This document shows, one piece after another, positions 12,830-27,501 of a stretch of DNA of 64,000 nucleotides (the first letter of the stretch is position 1; the number at the start of each line of letters is the position of its first letter). The position numbers were made by a program, and so were the translations under genes. The stretch covers positions 30,256,001 through 30,320,000 of the forward strand of contig CM022679.1 of NCBI GenBank assembly GCA_012295275.1. Direction: 5' to 3'. Under the pieces are notes generated by a model that was not told where the DNA came from, made no database searches, and saw nothing but the letters and a program-made list of their open reading frames with translations. Source of the stretch: Chrysomallon squamiferum (lineage: Eukaryota > Animalia > Mollusca).

Positions 12830-13222
12830 ATCCGGAGAACGTTTCTACGGCTAACTTAACATTTCTTTTGTCAGAAATTAACTAAACCAACTGTCTCTCT
12901 CTCTACTCGATTTCCGATAATTATATAACGATGAGATCCCCGATAGTGCCTCGAAGAGAATTCCTTTAATCATTGCGTCACAAGCCGCCAACACCTGGCG
13001 AGGGAATTCCCATGAACCCAACACCCCTTTGTAGAATGGGTCATCCCAAGCTAGGCGAACCGCCATTTACTTTACTGCTGGGCATTTGTTGTGGATTATA
13101 ACTTCAAGCAGATAACTTGAGCCGCACAGAAATTTCGTACCTGTAACAATATTTAGGGTATTTCGATTGTTTTTACGTGCAGACATTCGTTTTTGTCATA
13201 TGGTACACATTAAAGAACGGAG
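12830..13222. promoter_or_regulatory. CpG-enriched promoter/5'UTR region upstream of the most distal ankyrin first exon (possibly bidirectional)
   Basis: Dense CpG and higher GC against a CpG-poor background downstream. Plus-strand donor at 13286 and minus-strand donor cag|gtacga at 13140. Confidence 0.55.
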
Positions 13223-13285
13223 ATGAGTGCTTTAGCGACCGGCGAACCTCGGACAGAGGGGGGCACCGAAGTAGAAACTGATGAG
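13223..13285 (+). CDS. Ank2: ankyrin candidate alternative first coding exon A (MSALATGEPRTEGGTEVETDE)
   Basis: ATG in the CpG-rich region, 21 codons, strong donor gag|gtaaga, phase 0 matching exon 2 at 52121. Confidence 0.65.
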
Positions 13286-16200
13286 GTAAGAAATTTTCTT
13301 TTGTTGTTAACAAAAGTACCAAACTTTTAAAGATTTTTTGCTTTTAACTTGTTCTGTCTTTTTAAAAATATTTTATTAAAATTATGCAATAATAATAGTT
13401 ACAAAAACTGGTGTCTGGATTATCATCTACGACTTTTATTACTTTGTTATGTAGGGCCCAGCAACTTACCTTGTTGGCAAAGCGGAAATAGTCAATTAAA
13501 AAAAAAAAAAAAAAAAAGAAGATATACTGTTCAAAAAATAGTTTCAAACACCACGATATCTTGTATTTTCATTAAAATGCAACTGTATACGTAAATTATC
13601 TGCATATATATGCACGGCAATAATGATGGTTGTAGCTTATTTAAAAACGAAAAAAGTTTTAAAAAGTTAATATTAAAATTAAAAAAGAAAACAAAAAATA
13701 AAGCAGATCAGAATTGCCTCCTGCATTTTCCTTTTGTGTTAAATTTCTAATTTTTTTTTTTTTAAAATTATTGTTACATTACTCAGATCATTATTGTTTC
13801 TGCCACATTTTCCAGTTTTAAAGATGGTTAAAGTCTATGGGTATAAATAAAAGATATATATATTTATTATATATACTATGGGCATTTAATTAAAATGAAA
13901 CAAAAATACATTTTCTTTATATTAATGCATAAAGTGTGTATATGCATTAAATAATTATGTGTAGAAATGCAGCATGTAATATGCATTTAACATCACGCAT
14001 TTTAAAAATAAAACCAACAGTTGCACTTCTGATAATTACTTCACATTGTTATTTGAGCTGGCTGACGTCTGTTTTAATGGATATGTGATGCAACATGAAA
14101 CAGAAAATGTAATTCCCTAACAGATAACAAGGGAATTAAATTAAGAAAAAGAAAAAAAATTAAGAATGATACTTTTAACATAAACCTTTCTGACTGGTGA
14201 TCATGTTGTTACCTAATTATGTTATTGTTAGTCAAAAATGCCATTTAAAAAAAAAAAAAATTTAAATTTTATTTTATTTTTTATATATCATTAAATATAT
14301 TCAGTTAAACTTTTTGTTTTCATTGCAGATTATCAGTAAACTTTAATACTGTTTATTTATGGGATAGTGAAATTGTACGATTGTTATTTTTTATATTGTA
14401 CAATGATCTCTGAATCTTGGTTCAAATGATACTTAACAAAGTCTTGTTTATTTATTGCATACATTGATTTATACAGATGCATGCACTTTATCTCTTTGTC
14501 TGTCTGTCAGATGATCTATCTACTATTCATTTATATATCTGTCTGTGTCAGTTTGTCTGTCTTTCTGTGTACCTACTGTAAAGTCCATTGATCTGTCCAT
14601 TTATCTGTCTGTGTAACTACTGTCAATCCATCAATCCATCAATCCGTCCATCTATTTATCTGTCTGTCAGTTTGTCTCTATCTACTGTCCAATCCATTTA
14701 TTTGTCCATTTTGTTCATCTATCCATAGATCTATCTTCTTATGAATTTATACATATCCAATCTTGTATCAGTTGTTGTCTCTCTATAGAGAGTCAGTTTG
14801 TCTAGTTATGCTTAGTAACACAACATTCATGTATGTACGTAAATTCAGTATGTAAAGTGATATTGTGACAACCACAGTAATAGTACGTGATCAGTTATCT
14901 GTTGTCAGTGGTCATCTGAAAACTGGACACTAAGGGGACAGTTGATCAATACAGATGTCTGTCTGCATCATGTAACAGAGATCAGATTTTGTATCAGATT
15001 TTGTATCAGATTTTTCTGATTAGAATGTCTCATGTCTTGTTACATTGGTAATCTAAAACTTCTTGAGTTTTTATATCTCTGTGTTTATAATCTAATAAAG
15101 TAGTATTGCTGGTTGTTATTATATTAACCTGTACATATTTTTTTGTTTTAAATTAAGAAAATGTTTGTTGGATATAATCGTGTCTAGAACGTTCTAGAAA
15201 GATTCAAACTGCAAGACTGTTTTCTGCTTGTTTGTTTTTTTGATAATTTATATTATATAAACATTATCTATATAAAATTTTGAACTGAATAATTAAACTA
15301 ATATACTGTTTTTTCAAAAAGTATGGTATGTGGTGTTATGCTCATGAATTAGATTTTTTTCCACTTTTTGACAAAACTAACCCATGCAGCAGTATTTCTA
15401 CTCCCAAGTTTTCTAATAATAATTTTATAATTGTTAATACACATACATATGTGTAACATACACGTTCATACATTCATGCAGGGAGAAAGAGAGAAATAGA
15501 TAGATGACATTAAGGCTATAATCATCTCTATCATTTTTACCCATATTAACCATCACAGTACAAAAACAAACATTCATTCAGAAATGGAAACATTTCTCAC
15601 TGTTTGCTATGTGAACACAAAGGTTTCTACTTGATTCTGTTTTCACCAGGGCTAATATCTTTAAAAGCTTTACATTCAGGCACTGCTAGTACAGAAAGAG
15701 ATTTCATCTGCAAGACTGGAACAGTTCTTCAGTATTAACTTGTTTGACTAATGTTACAAAACACTGAAACAATCAGAGCATTTTATTCTGAAACTCCAAG
15801 AGTAATGGAAAGAACCCAAATTGAAGGCTGTGTTATTTTTTAAATTTTTTTTTTTTTTTTTGCCAATATCTGATAGGAAACAAATGATTAAAAAGCCATT
15901 AGTGAATGAAACATAAAACGGTTAATGCACTAGTGTAAATAAACTGATAATTTCATATCTGTAAATTAAAATTAATATAGTACAGACATGAATGTTGTGT
16001 ATAATGTGCGTGATGGCTCTGTAGTCTGGTGGTCTTGTTTATCATGTTTATTTTATTATTATAATTTTTTTAATTCACTTTATTACATGCATATAGGTGC
16101 ATGAAAAAATACACATATACACCCCTACCCCAAATACTATCACAGTGCATGTATATATGTTTTTTATGTATGTATGTGTGTGTGTGTGTATGTGTGTGTG

Positions 16201-19200
16201 TGTATGTATGTATGTATGTATGTATGTATGTATGTATGTATGTATGTATGTATGTATGTATGTATGTATGTATGTGCAACCATTAATTTCAAAATTTTCC
16301 AATACATTTGTTAAGAATGCTGACATAAAATATTTTATTTTTACCTATTTCATTTTATTGCATAATATTTTTTTTTTTAAAAATCTCTCTTCAGATATTT
16401 GTATAAAATTACCTCATTGCATTTAAATGTCAGACTTGAGATATTGTTGGTAGCCATAACAACCAAACAACCTTTTTTTCTTTTCTTATCCCAGACCTAA
16501 CATTCAGACAGACTTGTCTTTCTCTTTATGCAAATACAAGTGTTATAAAAATATTTGAATTGGTTATGCTTGACTGCTTTGTGGATAGTCACACTTGAGT
16601 GCATCTTTTCATTAATGGCTGCATGCACTAATGTAGAATTGTAATATCTTGATTTTTTATTATTTTTTATGTTGCAACAGAACTCAAAATTCGAACAATT
16701 TGCTTCTGTAGAAGTTCGGTGAATTAGTGAAATGTTCTGGATCATAGTTTTCATATGAAAAATTGCAACCCTTCAAGAAAAAGAAGATGTAAATATAAAT
16801 AAAAGATAATAATAATAATAATAATAAAAGATTTAAAAAAATAAAAAAATGGAATACAAAAGAGAAGAAGAAATGTTCATTAACATATAAGATGTCAAAC
16901 ATTTTACAAGATAAAAATAAAAGAAGAAAGAAGCTTATTCATAAAATTAAACCTACTCTGATGGAAATTATTATTATTATTATTATCATCATTGCAATTG
17001 CTTTATTCATCATCATCATTATTATTATTCATATTGTTATTATTATTAACATTACACATCAAAGTGAACTTTGAGAAGATCACAAACATTACACATACCA
17101 AACCTACTTAATAAACTGAACAATTACGATTTTTGAACTCTTCATTTTTTTTTTTTTTTTTAAGTGCAAAGATGATTTGGGTTATGTAAAGAGTGAAAAT
17201 ACCAGAATTAATATACGATAATGAATGTTTCCTGTTGACTGTTAACACTAATTATAGGGCTGGGGTGTAGGTGATAGCAGTTTCAAATCATTGTTTTTCA
17301 GTAAACAGAAATAACAGTGTATGGCTGTTGCAGCTGTGATACAAGTATTTTGATATTCTTTATAATTATGATACGTTTCTGTGTCCTTTACAACTTTGAT
17401 ATATTTTGTGGTTGTCATCTGTTATGGTGCCTGTTACAGCTGTTTTCCTTGCTGGCACCTGATGTAACATTTTATTGTGAGAGTTTTGTGTTGTTAGATA
17501 TACTAGGGATGTATAGATTGTGTAAGTCCTCCAGTACTAAGTAATCAGATTTGTCTACAAGATGGGATTAACTCTCAATCAGATTGTTGTTAATTAATTA
17601 ACTAGAGGTTTTTCTGATTCTGTAGATTCCTACTCAGAGAAATTGTACAAGAACTCTTTGCAGCAGACATGGGAAAAAGAAAAAAAGAAAGAAAAACAGA
17701 AACCACCCCCAAACAAGTTGACAACAACAACAATAAAACATAAAACAATAAAAAATACTTGAGTGCATATAAGTGACATACACCTGAAAATGGACATGCG
17801 TAAAAGCCACATTATTTTCTTCCACACCCCATACTTTTTTTTTTGTTAGTTTTCAATCAGGTATTAACTTGATCTGGAACAAACCTAAGTTAAACCGAAG
17901 GGTATTTTTTCAGTCACTTGGTAATCGGATAAAACATATCAGATTTTGCTGTGTTAGTTTAAGAAATAAAACCAGCTAACTCTACTTCTTTTCTCAACAG
18001 CACAGGAGCCTTTAATTGCTTTTTGTCAAACACAGGGCAACACATACCACATACTTTGAATGTAAAGAGATGTTTGTACTCATGCTTTATTATTAAAATA
18101 TTCAGTTTATGGCTGCCAGTTTGTGTGTTCAAATCTCATCAAAGGGCATCATTAAAGGTTTTTAAGATTAATAAAATTAATGCAATGTCTTGGTGGTTAA
18201 TTATTTATACAGTAAAGCATAAACTCCATGTTGGATACATTGGTTTGCTGCTGAGCTCTCAGTGAACTGGAAACATGTGGTAAACAGACTGGTGGAATGT
18301 TGTTTATCTCAAACAAGTAAAACAGTTCTATTAAGTTTATTTTGAATTTAACACTCAGTCCTGTCCTACACAGACCTCCTGCAGTGACTGAGAATCAGGA
18401 TGTTTGTGTTTACCTGTCCAGGTATCCACAGGTGTGTGAATTGTACCTGAGTTGTTTACAAAATTCATAACATTGTTAATTTTTACATATAAAGCACTAT
18501 TAAAAAAAAAAAAAATTATAATAATAAAATAAAATAAAATAAAATAAAATAAGAAATTTCTGGTTATTAATTTTAAATTAAAAGAACAACAATGTTGTTA
18601 ATTGTTATATATAAATGTTATAAAATTATTTAAAAAAAGAAGAAAATATTGCAATACTGGTGCTATTGTACATCCAAATTATTTATACTGACTGGTTTTG
18701 TCACAAGCTGAATGATAAGAAAGATGATACAAAAATGATTCATAGTATCATGTACCATTAAAACAGGAAATGGATCACATTACACAAAAAGAAAGGAATG
18801 TAAACCGTTGAGGTAAGTTTTCTCCTGTGTTACAGAACTACTTGAGTCCAGTAACAATACTTTAAAGAAATCAAGGGTCAAAGTTCACCACATATCTCAC
18901 CACATATGACCACCGTAGATCAGAATGTCCTACAAGGACAAAGTAATAATGTAATGGATTTAAAAATGTCTGCTTGGTAATCAAATTACATCAGTCAGTG
19001 TCAAGGATGTTGCGGTTGTCACCATTGCTGTCAGCTTATTTGTTTTGTATAAAATAAACATCTTGAGTTGGATTTGGGTTTTTGTTAACAGTAACAATTG
19101 CTCTAATGTTCAGGGTTGCCTTCATGAATTGGGAAATAAAATTTTATTATTTGTTTGTTGCTGAAAAGGCAAAAATAGCAACATGAATAACATGAATCAC

Positions 19201-19289
19201 ATATGGTTCAATAAAGAGTTGAACTGGGTGAATAATGCGTGTGTTCGTGAATAACTTGTGCATGTGGGTGAATAAGTTTAATAACTCCT

Positions 19290-19466
19290 GTATGGTGGGT
19301 TTCTGAAGAAGTCTTTCTCTTCAGTGCTTATCTGCCAGTGTCTGTTTTAAATACTGTGATATTTGTGTTTGCTAGCTGTAAGTGAGAAGGTGTATATAAA
19401 AGATGGTTTGCTGCTAATCAGGAGGCTCTGTCAGGAATGTGAAATTAGTAGGGTTTTTTTTCACTG
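19290..19466 (+). mobile_element. degenerate SINE-like dispersed repeat fragment
   Basis: Core gaaggtgtatataaaagatggtttgctgctaatc is shared with three other loci in the window. Confidence 0.5.
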
Positions 19467-19498
19467 TTTGTGTATGTGTGCTAAATATATATGTGTGT

Positions 19499-19533
<35 letters not shown>

Positions 19534-19944
19534 CATTGTATATTACAGGAACATACAAATTTTAATGCATGTTAATATACATTACATACATTTCAGATGA
19601 TAAAAATATAAGGAAGAAAATTCTTGTGTTCACTTTTGATCATTTTAATTAAAACTGCTTTCCTCAAAATTCACAAAATATTATCAGATACATTTGTTAC
19701 TAATAGACACGAGTGTAATTAACATTTTGATTTTGTTATTTCCTTAATCTTGACCTTTGACATGTGATAGGAAACAGGAAAAAATATTTGGCCTTTTGTT
19801 TTGTTTTACTTTGTAATCTTGATGTCTTCATTGATTTTTTTTGTTTGGGATATTTATGTGTTTTTGTCAAATGAAGATTTAAAATGAAAAACTGTGTTAC
19901 TTCAAGCACAGATGTATGTATTTTACTACTAATAATTATATTTA

Positions 19945-20535
19945 TATTACTAGTACTACTATTATAGCTATATTTGTATTACTAGTACTTCTACTATTAC
20001 AGCTGTATTTGTATTACTAGTACTTCTACTATTATAGCTATATTTGTATTACTAGTACAACTATTACAGCTATATTTGTATTACTAGTACTTCTACTATT
20101 ACAGCTGTATTTGTATTACTAGTACTTCTACTATTACAGCTGTATTTGTATTACTAGTACTTCTACTATTACAGCTATATTTGTATTACTAGTACTACTG
20201 CTATTACTAGTACTACTATTACAGCTATATTTGAATTACTAGTACTTCTACTATTACAGCTATATTTGTATTACTAGTACTTCTACTATTACAGCTATAT
20301 TTGTATTACTAGTACTTCTGCTATTACAGCTATATTTGAATTACTAGTACTGCTATTACAGCTATATTTGTATTACTAGTACTTCTACTATTACAGCTAT
20401 ATTTGTATTACTAGTACTTCTACTATTACAGCTATATTTGAATTACTAGTACTACTATTACAGCTATATTTGTATTACTAGTACTACTATTACAGCTATA
20501 TTTGTATTACTAGTACTACTATTACAGCTATATAC
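19945..20535. repeat. 32-35-bp minisatellite (tattactagtacttctactattacagctatatttg), about 17 copies
   Basis: Directly visible tandem units. Confidence 0.92.
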
Positions 20536-21961
20536 TACTACTAGAATATTTTAGCTACAACAGCACTTGATGCTGCCTCTACTGCTATTAGTACTAGTAA
20601 TTATCTATTATACTACTTATTGCTAGTACCACTACTATTACCACCATCATTACTACCACCGCTATCACTTCTGCCACTACCACTACGATCACCACTTAAA
20701 AAAAACTACTGCCACTACAACTGCTGTGAATATGGAAAGAAAAAAAGCCTGTTATTTTCCGTGTCAGTTTAACCTGAACTCATTTTCAGGTCTGGACAGC
20801 AACAAATGTTGAAGCTGTTTGTATTTAATCCACAGGGATATTAAAAAAAAACAATAAAAAAAAACTCCATTAAAGACTGCTGTAGAGTTTTAAATTATTG
20901 ATTTGAAAAACTCTAAATGTATTCAGCTGAAAAAGGAATGCTATCATTTATTTAGTTTTCTTATTTAAAAGCTAAGGGTAAACTCATCTGTGTTTTAAAG
21001 ACTTTTGAAGGGAAACAGAAAGTGTGAGAGAGAGAGAGACTCTGGATTTTGTCAGTGCTATTATCTAGAGTGTAACATCTGCAAACTATTTTAGAAATGT
21101 TATTTTTCATTTTTTTTTTTTTTTCCCCTGTTTTATTGAGTACTGGAGCCAGATGTAGCATTAGTCATAATTAAATTAACATAACACTCTGGCATCCTTT
21201 TTTTTTTTAACCATTTGTGTTTGCTTTATTCTCTTTTTATTCCTCCTGTTTCAGTTTTTAACTCTTCTTTCCCTTCTTGCTCTTTTTATAAATTTCTTTT
21301 TTCTTCTTCTCTCTGCATTGTCTGTCTCTGTATTCCTCTTGACTTGTTTGCTTCTTTCTGTCTTTCTTTCATTTTTCTAAATCTTTCTTAACATTTTTTT
21401 ATCTTTTTTCTCTCTCTTTATTTTTCCTTCCTTTCTTCTTTCTTTGTCCTTTCCTTCCTCTTTCTTTCCTTCTCTCATTCCATCTTACTAGCACTTTCTC
21501 ACTCTTAATTTTATAAAACTAACCAATTCTTTCTCATCTTTCTTTCTCCCTTCTTCCCTCTTTCCTTCTGTCCAGCCATCTTTCTTATTACCTCTCTCTC
21601 TTCCCCTTTCTCTCTCTCCTTCTTCCCCTTTCTCTCTTTCTCTCTCTCATACACTCACACACTCATTGTGTAACAGGTCTTCTGCTTACATCTGAGAGGT
21701 GTTTGTGTAAATTACAACAGTAACCAGCCTGTTTATTGTTTTTAAAGTCACTCAATGCAGACATCAGACTGGCGATACTTCTAAAATAAGGGCAGCGTAT
21801 TCATTGTCTGACTTCAGAGATTAAGGAGGCCATTACGGCTGTGACAATTGTCACTAATGGCAGTCATGGTTAATTTATGTGTCGTGTGTGTGTGTGTCGG
21901 CTATAATGGGCAACACAGGATATGCTGAATTAATGCAGTCAAACACTTGTAAGAAAGTTAC

Positions 21962-22056
21962 TGGAATGTAGCTCACGGGTAGAACTTGTGTTAGGATCAG
22001 TCCTTCTGTGTAGTTTCTTTGATCTGTTTTACCATTCCAACCAGTGTTCCTTCAGT
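21962..22056 (+). mobile_element. tRNA-derived SINE head remnant
   Basis: gtagctcacgggtagaac is A-box-like, followed by a degenerate ggatcagtcc B-box; no cloverleaf. Confidence 0.4.
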
Positions 22057-22589
22057 AAATAAATATTATTTTTTTTATTTACTTTTTGAAATATTTTTAC
22101 ATTATGTAACATAGGTAAATTCACTAGTAAAGGATCACTAGTTGCCAGATAATAGTGATATCCCTCAAAAGGTGACTGCAGAAGTTTTTCAAGTTCTCCA
22201 TAGTAACTAAATATAGAAATTAAAAACAGGATTTGTCTAACAAATACAAAGTTAGTAACAAGTAACTCATGATGTATGTAATTCAAAAAAAAAACATCCA
22301 AATAATTATATTATAAATCAGACAGTACAACAGCTTTTAACAAGTGAGCCATTCTATAATGGTTGGACTGGGAAATAACCAGCACTTTATCCAAAAAAAA
22401 AGGAAAAAAAAAAGGATGAATCAAATATTAGTAGAAAGTCCTGAATGCTATTTCCACTAGACAGAAGGTAAATAATAGTCAAAAGTTAATAACTGGATCC
22501 AGAATGTTGCCTGGACTTGAGCCAGCACATGTTGTAAAAAAGAAAGTTCTAGAAGTTTAATATTGATCATGGCTTGAAGATGGTTTCTG

Positions 22590-22802
22590 TTCAGTGGTGA
22601 GGTTAGCTTGAGGCATGACAGATTACAAGTTCAATCCTTCATTATGTTCCCACTGGGCAGTTTTCAAATCCATCTTATGTCCCATGACAGTTTTTTTCAG
22701 TGAATCAGATCATAATTCTGATCAATGAGAAGGCGCATATTAAGTATTATTGTTGCTAACTGATTACTTGGAGCAGTCCATTGAATGGTGCAAGAGGGTT
22801 TT
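22590..22802 (+). mobile_element. degenerate SINE-like fragment with a tRNA-like head
   Basis: A/B-box-like tcagtggt...gttcaatcc followed by the core gaaggcgcatattaagtattattgttgctaac. Confidence 0.5.
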
Positions 22803-24060
22803 GATAATATAATAATAATAATAATAATAATTTTATTATTAACATTAAAACTATAAAACAATAAAACAATAAATAAATAAATAAATAAATAAATAAAGAA
22901 GAAAGACTGCTACTTACAGCATTATTAAAGTGTTAAAAATGTTTATTTTTTCACAAGTGATTAAACTATAGATGTTAAGTGTTACATAAATGTGCTATCT
23001 TTCAGTTTATTAAAAAAACAAAAAAACAGAGAAAGAACAATAAATAAATAAATTAAAATAAAAAGATAAAGAACAATTCACCCCCCCAAAAACAATTGAA
23101 CTCAGCCCAAAACACAACAACAATAATTCATCATTTTGAAGATGTGATAATACAGTTTATAGAGCTTCTGGTATCAGGATGGGATCTGGTAACCTGCCAG
23201 TCACAATGAAACTTGGTTAACCATGTTATTACACATCCACTGACTTGCAGTTAATCCTCTGATCTGATTGTCTGGCTTCTTTGAGAAAACTGACAGTAAA
23301 AACTGTCTCCAGGACCTAATAAAAAACAATAAAAATCTCATTACTTGAGGTAGATGCTTCAGACCATAACGGATTTGTCAGTGCGTAACGGTTGGCTGAT
23401 CATCTCATTGACATTGCACCAGTTATGTTTTATGTTACTTTTGAGTGAACATGATGTTGAATAATTTATTATGATGAAGGTAAAAAAATTTTTTTAAAAA
23501 AAGTCACCTTGAGGTAACAAGTAAGAAAATGTCAAACTGAACTAGTTTTGGATTTTTTTTTTTAAAAAATTTTTTTTTTTTATATGCATGAAAAATTGTA
23601 AAAAATTTCTTTGTTGAGTAACAAGGCTGCAATTAATGTCAGGTTTTATATACTTTTTATGTGCTGTTCATGGATTGTGTGTGTGACTATGTATGTCTGT
23701 CTGTCAGTGTCTGTGTGTGTGTGTCTCATTTTATTCACAGATATGTCACCCATCATTCCTAACTACCACAGAAAACTCTGTACTCTGGTCCTTTTCTGAC
23801 TAGCATTGATATCACCTGAAGTAAGACAGGTTTAGCAGAGACAAAGTTTTCATTGATAAATGTATGCTGTTGACCTGGGTCTCAAAAAATTGTTTGTCAG
23901 TTATCTTGTATTTGTCTGTGCTTATATGTAAATATCTGATCATGATAAAGAAGGAAAAAACCCACAAACAACCAACCCAAGATGTTGCTAGGTATGATGG
24001 AAAGGAATGACTTGAATCAGGACAATTTATCTTTATATATATAATTAATGTGTGTGTGTG

Positions 24061-24129
<69 letters not shown>

Positions 24130-24284
24130 CTGTTAGTTTATATCTATCTATCTATCTATATAATTATATATTTAATCTTTCTCTTTCTGTGCCTGTCTCT
24201 TTCTATTTATCTGTATTATTGTTCTTCTTATATTAAATCTTTGGTATAAAGATCACATATAAAAAAGGATAGTAACAATAATGA

Positions 24285-24345
24285 AAGAAGAAACTACCAC
24301 TTTTTCAATTAGCAATAAGGCACTTTTTTATATTCGCCTTCCCTT
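24285..24345 (-). mobile_element. degenerate SINE-like fragment
   Basis: The reverse complement reads gaaggcgaatataaaaaagtgccttattgctaattg, the same core. Confidence 0.4.
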
Positions 24346-24672
24346 AAACTGAAAAAGGATAGAAGAAAAAAAAAGATGCATTACTTCTGATCTTGGCATC
24401 TTCATAGCTAATTTCCATGGCAAGGTTAACCAATAAAACATAGTCTGCGGGAGAGTGAAACAAGTGACCTATCACACACCAGATGTACTGAAAACTCCTG
24501 TATGTGGCTTTAATTGTAAACAGGACTGTGCCAGATACAAATCTGCTGTTTCAAGATTTTTTTTTTTTTTTTCCTATAATTAAATGGAACTTGGTAGTCA
24601 ACATTGCTTAAACAACATTTTATTAAATTAAAAAATTTTGTGTCTTAAATATATATATATATATATATCCTC

Positions 24673-24724
<52 letters not shown>

Positions 24725-25716
24725 TATATATATATATATTTACAAAAACTCCACCCAAACAGGATTCCGATATCAGTATTAGATCTTTGTTCCTTCAGTA
24801 GTAACAGTGTCCGGTTTAACCATTATGTAACCGGTTGTATTTAAGTTGCTAGTAGGAAATGAAAAACTAGATAACACACTGTCTCCTTGTGTGGTTTTAC
24901 TGTCCTGAGGGTTACATGTCCTAACATTACCTAACACAGACACACACACTGAGGCCATTTTAAGGACATCTGCCATTTAATAACATTATGCAGTATTGCA
25001 ACAAATGTTGTGGTCATTTCTGAAGTGACATGTGTCATTTTGAAGAAGCTTCATTTGCTCATTTTTAAAAATTAAAATAATAAAATGTTTCAGCCATTTT
25101 GTTTTTGGCCATGATGTCTTTCATTACAAGATATTTGCTTGGACATTTGTTAAAATAACACTAAGGTAATATTATCAAGAAAATTGTCATTTTATATACA
25201 GTATCCATTGTTTTGAAGATACAGGTTTTAATATCATTTCTGATTTTTTGTTTTCAAGTATGATAACTATTCATTGTAACCACATAATTTAATTATTGAA
25301 AAAAAGTATTTTGAAATCTTATTATTCCTTATTTTAGATAAACAAAACAAGCAAGACATAATAAAAATACACTCACAAAAACAGAATAATTAATTAAAAA
25401 TATAATCTAATTTAGCAAGAACTATATTGCGTGGTGGAGGAACACTAGACGTGGAGTGCAGTGACTGTGACATTTCTGCTGATGCAGCAGATACACGGTG
25501 ACATTGTCTGCTGTGATGACACTTTAGAAATAAACATAAAATTTCATTACTATTGATTGAAGCAGAAACGAATGCACGAAATTGCCATCTGCTTTTAAAT
25601 GAGAAACTGCTTATTACATTTTTTCACAGAATGCATGCAGATCATGAAATACCAGATGCATATTTTTTTTTTTTTTTTTAAGGTAAAATATCAGTGCTAC
25701 CTCTTTGTAAAATCGT

Positions 25717-25772
<56 letters not shown>

Positions 25773-26702
25773 AAGTAAAGAGGGTAAGAAATCAAAATTA
25801 CCCCTCCTAAAACCTTTCCCAAAAATCCCCAAAAATAAAAAGGAAAGCCACAGAAAAATAAATAATTCAGATGTGAAGGAGAAACCAAATTTAAAAATAG
25901 AGACCTTAGTTTAAATATTTTGTTTGTTTTGCTGTTTAAAATTAGTGTTTCCTGATCTGACTGATGGTTGTTAAGTTTTTGGAATGTTCTTTATATTTTA
26001 AGCTGTTTTAATGACTTTGCACTTTGATCATTTTTTTTTTAAAAAAAAAAAAAGGAAAAATGAAATATACATTTTATTAAATCTACAGTAATGTTTTTCC
26101 TGATCTTTTTTCCCTGACTTGTAAAATGTTATAACATTCAACTTTTCTGTCAAAATGATTAATTGTTTCCTGAAAATTTGTTTCAGTTTTAATTTGTCTC
26201 AGTGACCTGCTATATAAAGCAAAATTTTGTACCAAACTTTATTTTTAGTCAACAGTAAACTTTTGCATTTGTCAAAAATGCTACATAAATTTAATAATTA
26301 TTTTTCAAATTACACATTTTTCCTTATTCATTGTTTAGACAGTACAGCAGGTGTAACAGTCTATTTTTAGTTTATTTTAAAATAAAAAACTGAATATTTT
26401 GGTAGAAAATATGTTGCTTATTTTTAGACATAAAGCAGTTATATGGGCTATGAAAATAAAATATAAAAACAGTTTGAATTCTCAAAATCTATACATTCCA
26501 TAGGGGTTATTTTGACTTGCAGAATACCAGAAAGTGTTGTAATTTTGCCATTTTATAATTCTTTTGAAATGTTACCAGTAAAAAACCACAACAAAAAACC
26601 CCAAATAATAATAATAATAAATTAATTCTAATAAAAAAAAAAAAAAAAAAAAAAGATGAAAATTTTCATTTTCAGAAATTCATCTAGGTTAACGTGAACC
26701 CC

Positions 26703-26743
<41 letters not shown>

Positions 26744-27242
26744 TAATAATTATAATTTAAAATGTGGTCTGCTACATAATTTGATCAAATTGTAAAAACT
26801 ACTTTCTACACAACATGTCTGAGCCCAGCCTGTAGCTGTTACGTGGTTTTCAGCTCAGTTTTTAAACAGGTTTTTCTCTTGCTCTATGACTCACTGGCTG
26901 CACCTTCAGTGCGTGTAAATAAGCTCCGCCTTTGCTATATGATTGTCACCTGATGCATTGTCCTTATAAGGTATACATGCTGGAAAAAGAAATGACCTTA
27001 TAAAATTCATTATGAAGGACAATTCTTGAGAAAGGACATTATGCATGCATGTATGATAGTGATGCATATGTGCATACATACAATACAAAAAAAAAAAACA
27101 TATATACTTACATAAATACATTTATTCATAGATACATATATACACACACACAAACACATATACATACATACGCACACACACACACACACATACATTAATA
27201 CATACACATACTTATATAAATATATATATTCATAGACATATA

Positions 27243-27293
<51 letters not shown>

Positions 27294-27461
27294 CTAGATA
27301 CAAACATACATACATGCATACACTTGCTTATTCATTCTTTCATCCATATTATATATCACATAATTCATACATAAATTCATAATAGACATAATAATATTAA
27401 TACATGCATATCTATGCAAGGGCATGCATGTATATCACTGTATTTATTTATACACCTAAAC

Positions 27462-27501
<40 letters not shown>

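Noticed and set aside
12878-13066. Minus-strand 62-aa ORF, and the similar 10980-11279 and 31930-32319 ORFs
   Set aside because: No recognisable domain or flanking splice sites; explained by the higher GC of promoter-like blocks.
19945-20535. CRISPR-like periodicity
   Set aside because: Units are contiguous with no unique spacers, there are no cas genes, and the context is eukaryotic: a minisatellite.
21908-21955. ATG-initiated frame MGNTGYAELMQSNT before gtaaga
   Set aside because: The donor after ACT would need a different position and is not phase 0 with a consensus exon end; incompatible with ankyrin exon 2.
23471-23485. ATG ATG AAG|gtaaaa as another phase-0 first exon
   Set aside because: Very short, in an AT-rich context with no independent support; indistinguishable from chance.
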